This document shows positions 13,044-26,540 of a DNA stretch of 64,000 bases, one piece after another. This DNA is from Tubiluchus corallicola (Eukaryota > Animalia > Priapulida). The notes beneath the pieces are model-generated. The model had not been told where the DNA came from, did no database searches, and worked only from the letters and a program-made list of their open reading frames with translations. The DNA lies in NCBI GenBank assembly GCA_030141605.1, contig JAQGDQ010000208.1, forward strand, positions 310,001 through 374,000, read 5' to 3'. The number at the start of each line of letters is the position of its first letter. Positions within the stretch are counted from its first letter, which is position 1. A program made the position numbers and the translations under genes.

Positions 13044-13481
13044 CCGTATTTTCCCGTGTATAAGAGACCCCTTCAATTTTTAGGCAAAAATTCTGGAAAA
13101 AAGTTTTTTCAGACGGACATTTTTAGAGGGTAGAGTACAACTTTTTTCAACTCAGTGCGGTACTGAAAACAAAATAAAACCAGTTAATGTGTTGTAGAAA
13201 AAGAGTACTGGTATATATTAAAGTGCGTACCTGCAAACCTGTAACAGGAAAAGAGAAAACGAGGAGATAATGCCTGTGTCACGATGCTTGTATTGCTTAC
13301 AACCGCTTCATAGTCGAACGCGACACGCAAAACAGTTGTAGAGCACTTATTTCTTTAAAATCATTAGTGTCACAATTTATGCATCTTATTGAAAAGACTT
13401 ACTCCCATGTATAAGAGACCCCCTATTTTTAAAGTGAAAATTCTGAGCAAAAAAGGGTCTCTTATACACGGGAAAATACGG
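13044..13481. mobile_element. Tc1/mariner-superfamily (Tc2/pogo-like) MITE, 438 bp
   Basis: Perfect 27-bp TIRs (ccgtattttcccgtgtataagagaccc / gggtctcttatacacgggaaaatacgg), TA on both sides, and an internal copy of the tgtataagagaccc motif at ~13408-13421. Confidence 0.93.
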
Positions 13482-13795
13482 TAGTTTACCAAAAATATGC
13501 AGTATTAGATCATAATTATGGCAAGGATCAGCTAAGTAGCTACTAAGTTACTAGCTTATTTTTTATCCAAGTTGCTACTTAGCTGTTAGTAAAAAACAAA
13601 ATTATTTCATAAGCAGTTTACACAGTTCAAGATTTATATTAGCAAGTAGGAAAAAGATTCCCTACAAGCTAAAACATTCAGAAGGTGATACAAAACTAAT
13701 AATGACAAAATTATACAGTAATGTCAATTCGTCATGTACACTAATTCACTGAGCTTATGAAAATAACAACTTACAAAAAATTACTGCAAACTCAC

Positions 13796-14032
13796 CGGAA
13801 TATCCCGCTAGTGTCGCTGCCTGAATGACCGGTTTTGGATCACCAATGATGCCGGTGTTGTTGTTCAGCATGTCCCGTAATGGAGGATAGCCTCCGGGCC
13901 GATGCATACCTAAGCCATCCTGACACGGCCAGCCGTCGTTCAATGATGACGGCACTGTTTGGAATGGAGGTTCGTATGGATGCTGGAATCGACTCTGGTG
14001 GTGGTCCACCATGTGCTGTGGATCACAAGTGC
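13796..14032 (-). CDS. ETS1/2: ETS1/2 exon preceding the ETS domain
   Basis: gtatttcag|GC...TCC G|gtgagt, phase 1-1. Ends GDPKPVIQAATLAGYS(G), homologous to ETS1 DKPVIPAAALAGYTG. Confidence 0.92.
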
Positions 14033-14101
14033 CTGAAATACCGGAAGCGGTTAAGTTTCTGGTCCACAGAGACAGAACGTGTGAAAACGGGGAAAGCTTA
14101 C

Positions 14102-14113
14102 CGACAGTTGATT
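14102..14113 (-). CDS. Candidate 12-nt in-frame microexon of ETS1/2 (adds ESTV)
   Basis: aaatttgcag|AATCAACTGTCG|gtaagc, phase 1-1, located between two phase-1 exons. Confidence 0.45.
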
Positions 14114-14504
14114 CTGCAAATTTGGAACATCTGTTATCAATGTAGGAACTTGTCCAACAACAATTTTTATTTACAAATAAAACAAAGAAGTTACAGAAAG
14201 ACGGAATTGAATTTGCTAGTCCAAAACACGAATGGTGGCCAAGAAGTGAATAACCTTTTACAAACTAGATAGGTATTGCCAAAACAGTAGTTCACTAAAA
14301 AGTGCATAAAACACTCTAAAGACATTCTGCAAAAGCATATTGTAAGATCTTCATAATACACAGCAATAGCTTAGCTTATTGTGTTAATTCGACAATATTC
14401 AGATGTTCATTTGACAATACTCGTTGAAATTACATATTGAATGTGATTGAAGATCCTGCATAACAGCTAAAAACGAAATCACTGTCAAATACATAAAGTC
14501 TTAC

Positions 14505-14744
14505 CACCGTAAGCTGGCGGTCGATGGTAACTAGGAGGTCTGTACTTTTGTTCCTGTTGCATCGTGTGATTCATTTGGCAGTAAAAGTCTGATGTTGGAC
14601 TTCCGTCCATGTACCCATGAGGTGGCTGTGATCCTTCTAGGCCATGATATTCATTGTTGTCGTCATACCCTGGCATTGCCATCCCCAGCATTTCCTCCGA
14701 GTTGATTGCATTCAATGTGGGGACCTCCGATATGTGATAAGAGT
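14505..14744 (-). CDS. ETS1/2: ETS1/2 internal exon (low-complexity, putative transactivation region)
   Basis: tattccag|AC...GGT G|gtaaga, 240 nt, phase 1-1. Open reading SYHISEVPTLNAINSEEMLGMAMPGYDDNNEYHG...RPPAYG. Confidence 0.88.
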
Positions 14745-15094
14745 CTGGAATAGCAATTAATTATTAGCATTACCCGGAAGTAAGGCATTTATAATTATAA
14801 ATCTGGCTCGTTTGCATTTTAAAAAATTGCAACATAATACATTCTCACGAGTCTAGTTGCGATCATACGCCCACAATGAAATTTTTAACTAGTTTTGCAA
14901 AAATGCAAATTATTTCTTAAAGAGAGCATTAGAAACAAAGAATAAACCTATAAATAAAAGCTTAACACAAAATTTTGACTTAATGTCTTACTTTCAAATA
15001 TTCCAAATGCAGATCAAACAAAATGAAGAATTAGTCAGATGATGATGGAACAAACCCACAATTAATTAAATGTTGATATAAAACTTAAAACAGA

Positions 15095-15158
15095 AAATGT
15101 GAAAAAGTTGGTATTTCAACCAGGGATTTTCTGTTTACAAGGCAGATGCCTTTGACCA
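15095..15158 (-). mobile_element. Degenerate tRNA-derived SINE
   Basis: Minus strand reads tggtcaaaggcatctgccttgtaaacagaaaatccctggttgaaataccaactttttcacattt, with A-box-like and B-box-like motifs. Its tail resembles the copy at ~22900. Confidence 0.5.
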
Positions 15159-15750
15159 TACCAAAATTGAATTAAAAGTGGGCTTGTCCATCATTAATAA
15201 TAATCGTAACATTAAAATATAACAATGAATTAGTGAATTATTTGCAAGTTGGAAACTAACACTCAGAAGCAGTGGCCTACTGGTTGTGGCTGGACCACTC
15301 TAAAATAAAATACTTGACTGGCACAGCTATTAATATTAAGAACTGTTATGAGAACTGCAAATATTTGAATGACACTTGATCTCTTTTGTTGAATTAATGC
15401 ATATCTTTATAATACATTAATGACGCGTTTTTGTATTATAACAGTAAAACAGTACTACACTAGACACATGAAGAAATTGAATATCTCGATAATCAATAAT
15501 TAGAATAGAACAGCTTAAATGTAATAATTAACAATCTCACAATAAAGAAAAAAAATTGATATGCACTTTTAGTACTTATCTTCAGATAGAAAAGGAAGCG
15601 TGCAAAAAACATTGATTTTTCTTTAAATCATAACGAAAAGCAGTTACTATTAAATTGAAGCTTTTGTTTAGTTTGCTAAAATGCTACCCTTCTGTTAATT
15701 AAACAGGCAGACTTTCTATTAATTTATAAGCACCAGAGAACACCACTTAC

Positions 15751-15969
15751 TTTCAGGTAAATACGGAAGATGATGATTAGGTATGGATGACGATGTTGGG
15801 GGTAACCTATGATGATTCTCCGGATGTTGTGAATTGTCTTGTTGGCTTGGAGGCTGTTGGAAGAACTCGTTAAACTCGGGACCGTAGACCGACGACTCGT
15901 AAAAATTTGATGGCACATTTTCTAATGATGCCCTCTCCTTTTCTGTCTCAGAATAGGTGGAGTAATAAT
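15751..15969 (-). CDS. ETS1/2: ETS1/2 internal exon
   Basis: tttttgcag|AT...GAA A|gtaagt, 219 nt, phase 1-1. Encodes (D)YYSTYSETEKERASLENVPSNFYESSVYGPEFNEFFQQPP...PYLPE. Confidence 0.88.
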
Positions 15970-16819
15970 CTGCAAAAAAGTAACCCAGTATTTTAGAAGT
16001 CGGCAGCTAAATCTGAGGAAAATGTATTAAAATTTCCCATAATGACAAATTCATAATCAGCTATTTTCATAACGACAAATTAGAAAAAACAGAGATTACA
16101 TATTCGCAAATTGTACAATGAAGTAGACAATACATAAAAAAAATACACATGCAGAGTGACGACTTTGCTTGAGTACTAGTTAGTTATAGTGATTTTCTTC
16201 ACCGACTATACAAAATTAGGAAAAAAAATTAACAGAAATCGATAATAATTTGCATACTATGAAAGAGTTTGTTTACACCAAACAAATCAAACTGGTGGTT
16301 AAATTTAAATCTGAACAGCATGCTCGCCATCACAACACAGACACTACTCAAAAAGTGATACGTTTGCTCCTCAAGTGAATCTCTTCTGGCTGAAGAGGCA
16401 GCATTGGGCAAAATTAGCTGACAAAAATGCAGCCGAAACTGTGAAGATTTGTTTATCCACCTGTTGTCATGGATATTTCAAATTTACAAGGATGCTGCAT
16501 AATATTTGGAAAGCTATCTATCATTAATAAGAGCAGCATGGTGCTTAGCACTTGTAATTGACTGTGCATGGTAATTGGTTCCTTGGATCGTGTATATATC
16601 AATGACGGCCCAGAAAAGAAGGTTATAGATTTCAATGCATGCAGTGCTGATGAGAGAACTATGCAAAAAGCTGGCACTACACAAAACTGCAAGCAGATAG
16701 GATAGTTACAGATATAACAAACCACCAGCCCAGATCTGATCACAGTCACCAAATATCTTAAAAATGTATATAAGATGGTGTTTTGCTGGCGATTCGTGAA
16801 TACAAGTAAGGCCATATTC

Positions 16820-17180
16820 ACAATTCAAACTGAATGTCAAGGTTCAAGTAACAACTAACTGGCAGGGTCTTCCTGTCAGGTTAGGTGACCCTTCCTGTCA
16901 GGTTAGGTGAAATTAAACAAGATCCCACCAATCTTCAAGGCCACAGTTGAAGTCACCCTGAAAAAATCAATGTCAAAGCTGATTTTGTCATTGTAGTCCT
17001 TCCCTCACTAGTGCCATGTTTGATCAATTTGACCCCAGTGATCATTCAGATGTAATGCAAAATGTTTGTTATCCAAACCTACCGTCACTCAAGGTTAACA
17101 CCAAGGTCAAATGCATCTCAGTGACTTCAACCCTGCCAGTCATGTGGTATGCACAATGTGTCAGTGACCTTACACCCTGC
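16820..17180. repeat. Degenerate repeat rich in CAAGGTCA/TGACCTT motifs, with a 22-bp-period duplication at 16869-16910
   Basis: Recurrent tcaaggtt, caaggtca and gtgacct motifs; cttcctgtcaggttaggtga occurs twice. Confidence 0.5.
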
Positions 17181-17194
17181 TAGTAATTCTTTGC

Positions 17195-17198
17195 TATA

Positions 17199-17230
<32 letters not shown>
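17195..17230. repeat. (TA)n microsatellite
   Basis: Dinucleotide run. Confidence 0.9.
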
Positions 17231-17255
17231 CAATCTCAAAAAAGTTCATTCTCAC

Positions 17256-17456
17256 CTCTCTGAAGCATTTCCAGATGTTCAAGAAGGATGTCGCCTACAA
17301 ATGGTGGCATGCGACTTAGGAATGCCTCCTTGTGTATGCTACAGAGGATGCTGCCCCGCATGGCAAAAGCGGACGGATTGATGCCCTCCAATGAAAACTC
17401 TCGTATAGCCCATTGTAGCCACTGCTGAACTTGTAATTCGCTCCATTGACGGGGAT
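17256..17456 (-). CDS. ETS1/2: ETS1/2 exon, Pointed (PNT/SAM) domain
   Basis: atttcag|AT...AGA G|gtgaga. Encodes (D)PRQWSELQVQQWLQWAIREFSLEGINPSAFAMRGSILCSIHKEAFLSRMPPFVGDILLEHLEMLQR. Confidence 0.96.
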
Positions 17457-19767
17457 CTGAAATATAATGTTATTTTAGCAGGGAAGGGAAACAAATAATT
17501 TATTAATAAAATGTTCTATTTAACAACATTAATAATCCAGTAAATAATTACACTAAAGTAGTAATAAATTAGTCAGTCTGAAAAATTTTACTTTTACACT
17601 ATGACTTGACCCGAAGACTTTCTGTGTTCTTGGCAGCAATGCAAACGAATTATTTTATTTGTTCAAATGGACAAGGTGCAGTTTAAAATGCTGAAATTTT
17701 TCATAATGAAATTAGTTTAACTCTCACGCTAAACATTGAAAATCTAATTTTTTAATGCCTTGAAGTACTGAATTTTTTTGTATTTCTATCAACGGGTAAA
17801 CGTATGCCATGAATTCTGATTGTTAGTAGTAAAAAAGTGATGAAACTGTGATTTGCTAAGGATCCCTGCCTCGGTAAAGTCGTCAAAATAAAAAAATAAC
17901 GTAATAACGGGGGGGGGTGTATATTGCACAACTTTCGCCAAATGCACATAATAGTAAGGAGCAGTCATTACTAACTTTGGTTTCTGTTCTGTGTAATACG
18001 AGTACTTGCCAGAACTCGGCATTTAAACAGGACACACATTTAGTATTGTCCTTTTATCAAGCCTGTCATATCTGCGCTTCTGCCCTGAAACAGTTAAGGT
18101 CCGTTCACATTTATCAGACATCAGCAATAATTGAGCCAATATGAGTGAAATTACTTGTATATATTTTCACAAACACGACAGAATGCACGCAAGCTGTTTT
18201 TACCGCTTACTGTCCGCTCGTATACGATTTGTCTGACGAAGACTAATCACCAATGAGCTGCGTAAATGTGAACGAGGGAAAGGAGACCGTTCAAGTTTTT
18301 TTTTATTCGAGACCCTTTCTTAGGCTTCATAAACTAATATATTTCAGTAAGAAGCCGCTAAAGAATGCGTTTCTGCTGAAGCGCAAGCTTATACCCAATT
18401 TTAGTATTGAAGCCTTCTTGGGGTCTCAAAAAGTGTAGTTTCACATAAAATAGCAAATAAATATAAAATGAAAAGATAAAATACAAACAAAAGAGCCCGA
18501 AGTTTGTATTCAATTATTTATTTACGTGCATTTTTAACTTACCATTCACTACAGAAAACCCTTAAAGCAGCAGAAATAAAAAATAAATTTTCATTAACTT
18601 ACGCAGTTACACTTACAGGTTGGAAGCACCTATGTTTTTCACCTCTTAGCAATACATTATCACGTAATTTTAATTTTAGAGCCAAAATGTTTGTTTTATA
18701 ATTTTTGCGCATGTAGATGCATATAAGAGCTAAAAAGCTAAAAGCTAATTTGTATGCGCTACTAATTAACAACAGGAATTAATGTTGCTTAATTACTTTT
18801 GACGTATAAGCCGATTGTCGGTGGCATTTCTAGAAGATTTTGGTTCTTGGACATAATAAGCTTAACTTGAGCAGAATTTAATTAACTCAATATCTCATTT
18901 TTCTATTCGCTAAACAAAGCATTTACAACACGACAAACTTGGGAATTTCACAGCCTTGACATTTCTGTTGGTTTAGAAATTAAAAAAAAAATTATTCCTA
19001 GTTTAAATAAAGCTATAGCAATGAATTAGATATAAGGAACAACATAAAGATTATACAACTATAGGTTACAAACGTGCTTAGCTGGAATTAGAAAAAAATA
19101 TTCTATTACACAAGCATTAAAAGCGAACAAGTTCGAATCTGTCTTTTGTTTTTTTGTGTGCATTTTTACCATTACTAATTGTTTCTCAGGCTATTTACAT
19201 TATTTGGTTTTAATCAGTAACCACGTAAGAGTACCACTATTACTGTAACAATTTAATACTAAAATACCACTGTTTCTGAAACAGTTACTGATCAGACATT
19301 CATTATACTTTTGGAATTCGTGCGTTGGAGCTTTAGTACAATAAGAAAATTTGGAAATTTCTTTTTGCAACTATTATCAATAACATTAGCTGCTAATTTA
19401 ATGAAATAGGTATCAGTGCTATTGCAGTATAGCACAACAAGGTCCTGTAAAACTGTATGATTGCAGGAAAAATCAATACAATTACGTTAACACTTAAAAC
19501 TAACCATTGACCACCAGAATATAAAAATCACATTGCTAAGGATAATTTATACGTTTTTGTATTTATGCTAATCATGCTGCAGGATTAATGGAACAAAAAT
19601 ATTATAATTAACGCTTTTCTGATTTTCCCATAATATCGTCAGACGAGCAAAAATGAAAAGAAACAAAACAACACGATAAAATTTTATAAACGTGACACAT
19701 GGCAGTGCACGTTAACAGAACAAATTCCTGGCTATAAGTTACGATACTAAATGCAATTAAGTTTCAC

Positions 19768-19884
19768 CTTTTGGAATGTTGAGACGATCTCTTTCCTTGT
19801 CAAAACTAGCAAAGCTAGCAGTAAGAGCCTGAGACATCTTCTGATTGGTCCCAGGCGTGAGAGGTGGAACCTGGCTAGGCAGAT
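19768..19884 (-). CDS. ETS1/2: ETS1/2 exon with the MAPK phospho-acceptor (PLTP) and start of the PNT domain
   Basis: tttcttgcag|AT...AAA G|gtgaaa. Encodes LPSQVPPLTPGTNQKMSQALTASFASFDKERDRLNIPK; the Thr is equivalent to ETS1 T38 and Pointed-P2 T151. Confidence 0.95.
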
Positions 19885-20489
19885 CTGCAAGAAATAGAGA
19901 CAGTTTAGGACTCGAACTAACAACCGTCTCGACTCTTAAGACAAGTCAACATTCATTATTCAATAATTAAAAGTCTCATAAAAGACCTAAAAATTCTAAA
20001 ATTTTGAGGAAATCTCGTAAAATGTATCCATGGGTTTACAGTTTGCACAAACATCGGGCACACCAAGTTTTCATACTACACTAAAAAGTGATTTCTGAAA
20101 ACTCGCCAAATTCAAATTCAAAAATTCAATTTAAAAAATTATCAAATCTATTTTGTTTTAGAAAAAAAGAAAAACACGTAGCTTAAAGTATGCCAAAGGA
20201 CCTATACAGCCTTTTTATAGGCCATGAATTATTTAAATTTCCATGTCGTATTGTCAGGCGCAACTTTATTCAATATTACATACAAAACTTTCATAAACTT
20301 GTATTACTAAAAAACAAAACAAAATACATTATTTGCTGAAAAAAATAAGTTAGGTGTACAATACAAAGAGCAATAAGAGCAGCAAAATATATTAATATAT
20401 GCGTATACATACAGCAACATCTTATTTACAACAATGACGGCGAGTGGCGAACATCAGATAAAAAAATTATTTGAGCAACAAAAACTTAC

Positions 20490-20538
20490 TGGATTTTGTA
20501 GTTGCACTGCTGTTATTTGAGTTCTGTACGATGACCAT
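20490..20538 (-). CDS. Candidate alternative first coding exon A of ETS1/2 (MVIVQNSNNSSATTKS)
   Basis: agcATGG (A at -3, G at +4), 16 codons + 1 nt, then gtaagt; phase 1 is compatible with exon 19884. Confidence 0.5.
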
Positions 20539-22892
20539 GCTACCCGAGTTTTTATCACTCATTAACAGCACTACTGGACTTATTTGCAGACGTGTATATG
20601 ATTCAAAATTCGTGTCAATAGAGCAGTATAATAACTTTTATTATTTACGTGTTAAATTCAATGTTTATTGCGCACTGCGGCTGAAAATGTGTGTATATTC
20701 ACCAGAAAAGTAATCCAAAATGTCAAAAATAGGTTCATTAATGTATCTAGTAGCTCCAGCAAAAGTTTTTGTTACAAACGTGTCACATGATCACATGCAC
20801 AAGATTGGAATGAGACACACACCAACCTAGAAGTAAGATTGCTCCTGATTCAAAGATTAATTTTCATCAACACTTATTTCGTGACACGTGCTTGAAACTC
20901 GGGGAAGTTTTCCCAATCTTTCGGGAATAACTGTTCTTTGGGAACGTCAATGATACTATAAGATCGTCAGTTTTTCGCTTCGTAAAAGACGCGTTTATAC
21001 AATCCATGGCGGGACGCGTGTATGGCAGGTTATACGCGCGTGTCGAAACATTAACTTGTTTCTCACATCGCACAAGTTTCAATCGAGTTTACAAAATGGG
21101 ATCCCGCATTCAACTTACAATTTTTAAAAATAGGGCTCAATAAAAGTGAAGCACACACACGATTTCAGTCGTCACTAAAACTGTATTTTACTGTTAAATG
21201 AAATTTCCAGAAGTCAGAGCAGTATTAACTACGAGTAAGTTGCTCCATCACAAGAACACAAGTAAAAGAACTGCAGAAATTCGTATTATGTTAATTAATG
21301 TTGCACAAAATTATCCAGCTGCGATGTTAATAGCGTTCATATCATGCGCAACACAAACTACACACATCTCTCTCACACAACCACAAGCTCCTGCGCAAAT
21401 AACTCATGAATATAGATCACACTGATGACAATTTCAGAATCCCCGAATGCGTGCATGGGTGCGTGCTACTCTACACACATTAATTCGTATAGCGGTTCAC
21501 AATTTCACATCCTGTGTACATACATCAGTGGTCAACCAGCATCATATTGTTTCTGTGCATCCAGAGAAGGCTAGCATACGTGCCGATGACTTAAAAAATC
21601 GAGCGTAGTTCCTCTCCCTCACAGATGAGCAACATGGTATGACAATTGTCGCTTATCCATAAGTCCATTATACACATACTGATAGTGTGAAATTTCCTAA
21701 TCTGATTGAAAGGAATGAGTATTGAGATTTAGCAAATATGCGAAAGCCAAAAACCATAGGTAGTTAGAGTTTATCCTAAAATGTTATCTATTCTGTTCTA
21801 GTTTTATAAAAGCAAATAAACTCATATTTTACTTAACGTGTACAATTTTAAATGTTATCTTGCACAGAGAATAGACTTATGCATGCAATTGTTATTAAAT
21901 CTATATCAACGGTTACACTTCAGTTGGCATTTATCAATCAAACGCTTTACATTATATTAGTTGCAATTTTTAGGCTTAAGTGTAATGTATTTTCACTTTT
22001 CAGTAAGAAATTAAACCTACATTTAACTAAAATAATGCAGAAACCGAGCGTGCGCCTTGAAAATTTACAGCAGCGTTCTAAGTTCCATAAAATAATCGAA
22101 CAATTTTTTAACTGCCTAGCAACTACCACTTAAAGTAAAAATTTACATAACCCTTTGATTATCCTACTAGTTTAACCACATATAACAGGCGAAATTACGT
22201 TAAGAAATTATGTCACGTATTACCCCTATTGAATTACCATGCAGATCTTGCATTTTATGTATTAATAATAAACAAAAGAAAGGAATTCAACTTCAGTTGT
22301 AATGAAACAAAATACAGGTTTAACCTTAATTTATTTATTAGTTTTATTTTTCACAATTCTACTACAGGAACCCAGATAAGCACAGCCAAAAGAAGCTGAC
22401 AAAACTAATTAGTCAAAAACGTTTGGGAAAAGTCGGCGGAATCGATGCGTTTGTAAACTTTGCAAAATAAGTTTATACAAAATTATCAGATTTTAAGTGA
22501 TATTAGGAAACTGGTATCACATGCATGGGAGGATTAACAAAGGCAGAGAGAAATTAAGCATAGTTCCTGTGCGCAATTATTGGAAAAAACAGCGCAGAAC
22601 TGCACTAATATATTAAAACCTCATCAACCGCCGTTGTAATAATAATATGGAGCTACTGAAATGAGAAGTATGATTAGAAATAGTTTGTACTGATGGCTGC
22701 TAATTTAGTAATTCAATAGGAAATAATGTAACATATAATATAATAATATAACAACCTTATTTATATTACGTGCAGTACGTTTTCATTGAGCAAACAAAAA
22801 CGACATCAGCATATTGCTTAACGATTACAATAATTAAAATTTATAGACATGCACGAGCAATAAATGAAGGCCGCAGTATTATTAGATGTTGA

Positions 22893-22961
22893 AGCAGTTT
22901 TGAAGGCGAAAGGTTCCTGGTTCAAATCCAGGCTCTGTCCCAACGTTTTCACCTTTAACAC

Positions 22962-23014
<53 letters not shown>
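22893..23014 (+). mobile_element. tRNA-derived SINE remnant with (AAT)n tail
   Basis: T-arm/B-box cctGGTTCAAATCCagg at 22916-22932, then aacgttttcaccttt and an (AAT)n run at 22962-23014. There is no complete cloverleaf. Confidence 0.65.
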
Positions 23015-26000
23015 CTCAAAATTAAGATCACGAATAAGTAATAAACGGGTAAACACAAACAGTAACACAAAGAAAAACTCAAATTTCAAAGTTAGTAATG
23101 GATGTTACCGTTCGCATGGTTCGCTAATAAAAGTTCGCATGGGACAAAAACAATGAATTATTTCGAAGTGACATCTTCGCAAACATCTTTATAACAATAT
23201 AAAACTGAATTTTTGAAAAAAATGTTAAACCTAAATTTTTACAACACAGCAAATCCACAAATGCGAAAACGAAAGTAGTGTTGTATTGGTAACTTAACCA
23301 ATTTAAAAATTTGATGTCAGTCAGACATTTACTATAGTTTAAAGCACTGCAAGTTATTTGAACATAGTTAACAGTTGGCTTAACGCACAGCAGCAAAGCA
23401 AAAGCATAAAAAATCTATATTAAATTTTACTGGTTTATAAACTGCCAAACGGTGATTTTTTTCAGCCCAAAATCAGTAGTTTGAAAAAAAAACTAAAAAA
23501 TTCTTTAAACACTCCTTAGGCTTTCCAAATTTTTTTACCAAATTAAAAGAAACAGAGATTAGTCAGAATAGTGTTTTGCCCAAGTGCCCAAGTTGAAAAC
23601 ATCATTATTTTTTGCTAGTCTGATGAACCTGGTTTCCCAGGGACATATGTAATCATGAGTGTCCCTGTTTTTGCTGCACTCCCACAAAGCACCTTATAGA
23701 TACTATTAAGTGAAAGCTGCCTGTTATTAATGGAACCTTGGTTAACATATATTTACCTTTGTCTTATGGCTATCGAATGCATTAATGATGAATCATTAAA
23801 GGCACAGATAACCCCCAAGTGAATGAACTTGAAAGTTTTTCTACAATTTTCAATGAATGCCCATAAGTTGATGAGTCATGTACAATTTATGGATTTAACT
23901 TTAATCATAAATAACGCATGCAGAAAGACGCAATCAATGATTGATAATATTTCCAACTTTGTGTTAATTATACATTTTCTTAATGCGTATACGGGCCGTA
24001 TACAACATGAACAAGTGGCCATACATTAAACTGCATTTAAAACATTCCTACACGATACAACGCATTTTTTGAATTTGTAGATTCATATACATTGCTAGTG
24101 CATATAACTTAATGAATATGCCGGCACACGTATAAATTACGTAGATGTGTTAAAACAGATCGCTGAAACACGAACTGTGAACCGAACTGAATTATCTTAA
24201 ATATTTATTTACGTACTTCAGGGAATCAGAAATAAAGAACTACAATAAAGCTTATTTTTATTTTAACAGAAGATTTTACTAAAGAATCATTGAAGATCAA
24301 GCGCCAATATTTTGTAAATTTGATAGATCGTAGCTATACATACGCATATGTACAAGTATAAAACAAAGACACAATTCTTTCAGACAACAGAAACACCAAC
24401 TATAAAGTCTGGTTCACATTTTTGATACATAATTTACCAAACAATTTACAATAATTTACCAAGTGGCGTGTTTATATATCAAACAATACAAAAATATTCC
24501 GGTAAAACATGGATTGCTGCAGAAAAGCTATGTTTAGGGACAGACTGTAGCACGTTTATCTATGGAGAATAAAAGTTATGTTCATGTTAATTTTCATTTT
24601 AATTATTTACGATTTTGGTATTATTGTTATACTGACCCTAGACGATAGTCTCATGAGAAACTCTTTAGCGAGCTGTGGAAAAACCCGAAACAAGCGTAAT
24701 TCTCCCGCTGAAAAACTTGCTCTTTAAACTCAGCAAAAACAAACAGCAGCCCGTAAAACATGTGTAATGGAGTTGTAACAAATAGTAATTCGCGTGGGAG
24801 ACTTGTTTACCCATAGTAAACACTGTGCCGATAGAGTTTCCAACTAGCTTATTGGTGGTTATATTAAAATAAAGGAGTGCATTTGTGTGTACTTATAGGT
24901 TATCAAGTCTATACTGATAGACACTACAGATATGTCATATCATACGGTTATTATATAAGCTTAGTGAAAAATCATCAGAATAAATGAAGAAATGTTAAAC
25001 GTTTCCCAAGTTTCTGCCATCTTCGTTTTTTAAACCCGCTTTACGGATATTATTACAAACTTTGCAAGTAAAAATTGTAGAATTTAATCATAATGTAAAA
25101 CAGGATAATCAACAAATTTTCGAAGTAAAATAAACTTCATGTGCTAATGGTAAGCGCATGAAGAGACTGAAAAAGTACATTATTAATGTTAGTATTACTA
25201 ACACTTCTAACTGTTTTTTACGTCGTAATTTTATTTTTAAGACGTCATGATTTGAAATAAAATCCAGTCTTAATTTTGCATGTATTGAGTGAGAATAAAG
25301 AATATATTTTGCGTTCGCTGGGCTGATTTATTTACGGATTTTTTCCTTATAAAATGTGCGTTTATATATTTGAAAAAAAACGAATTACTGTAATATGCTA
25401 TTTTTTCTTAACTGCGTCCCTAGAAAAATATATACAAGTATACAACATGTAGGCCTACCCCGGGCACAGACGGTGAAAAACCATGCATCATTCCTTTGTC
25501 AACATGAGCAAATGCATTTTTGAGAACTGACTATACTCAAAAGAAACACTGCTTGAATGTAAAGTTGCAAATCTTCTGTAATTACATCTCTTATGTTTTG
25601 GCAAATTTATTTCCAGTAACGTAAGTCACTATTAACAGTATTTACTTGTTAATATAAAATGTTTAGAGTTTTAAAGGAGGTGATTGCTTTTTAAGGAGCA
25701 ATAGAATTTAAATCCTTTATGACTAAAGTTGTTTTGCAAGGTAATCTTTTTGCACTTCTTTGACAATATTGTCAAATTTCTATTATTGCTGTGAGATATA
25801 AAGATGACACGAACTTGTAAAGCATCAAAAGATGACTTCTCAAATAATTTTGGGTGATACTGTTTCCCACCCGGTTAAGACTAAATCTTGTTTAATTATA
25901 CATCTAAATCGTTGCATTACGCTTAATATGATAACATTGTAACAAAAATGGCAGCCTCATAAACAACAGTGCAATTCGTAAGAAAGGCAAACAAAAATAA

Positions 26001-26540
26001 ACCCATCTAAAGCGTTGTACTTATATAAGAAAAGCCATAATATTAGTTAATCAGAGCACGATTTGCATGCGTTAAAATTAAGATATGAATTGATTTTTAA
26101 GTGCGTACAATAAACACGAGAAAAATAAGATTTAATGAATAAAAAGTTAAGCCTACTTTTAAACTGACAACGAACTGACAGAAAAATAAACCATTAATAA
26201 AATAATAATAACGGGCATATATGTTATATAAAGAATATGGATGAAAGGCTTGTGGACAGTTTATCAAAATGTCATAGATGAAGAAAATTGTACCAGTGAA
26301 AATACTGTAGACCGGAAACATTGCTGTACCGGAATTGTGTTTATACCTGGCTAATATGAAACAAATATCAACACAATTGCAAAAGGAAACAGGCATTTTT
26401 CATCACTTCTATGCATGAGTGTGTATCAAATAAAAGCAAGCGACACACTGATGTATATAAAATAAAATCCACAAAATACGAGCGGAAGTACAGCAGTACT
26501 GTACAGGAAATGCAGAAGAGGAAAAGATTACAACACTTAC

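Noticed and set aside
13880-14272. 130-aa + strand ORF
   Set aside because: Antisense shadow of an ETS exon.
16229-16520. PntP1-like internal first exon between the PNT exon and exon 15969
   Set aside because: I found no ATG-led frame ending in a phase-1 donor; the SARRDSLEEQ frame has incompatible phases.
22893-22945. Functional tRNA gene
   Set aside because: Only the T-arm/B-box is intact; there is no acceptor or D stem, and an (AAT)n tail follows, so it is a SINE remnant.
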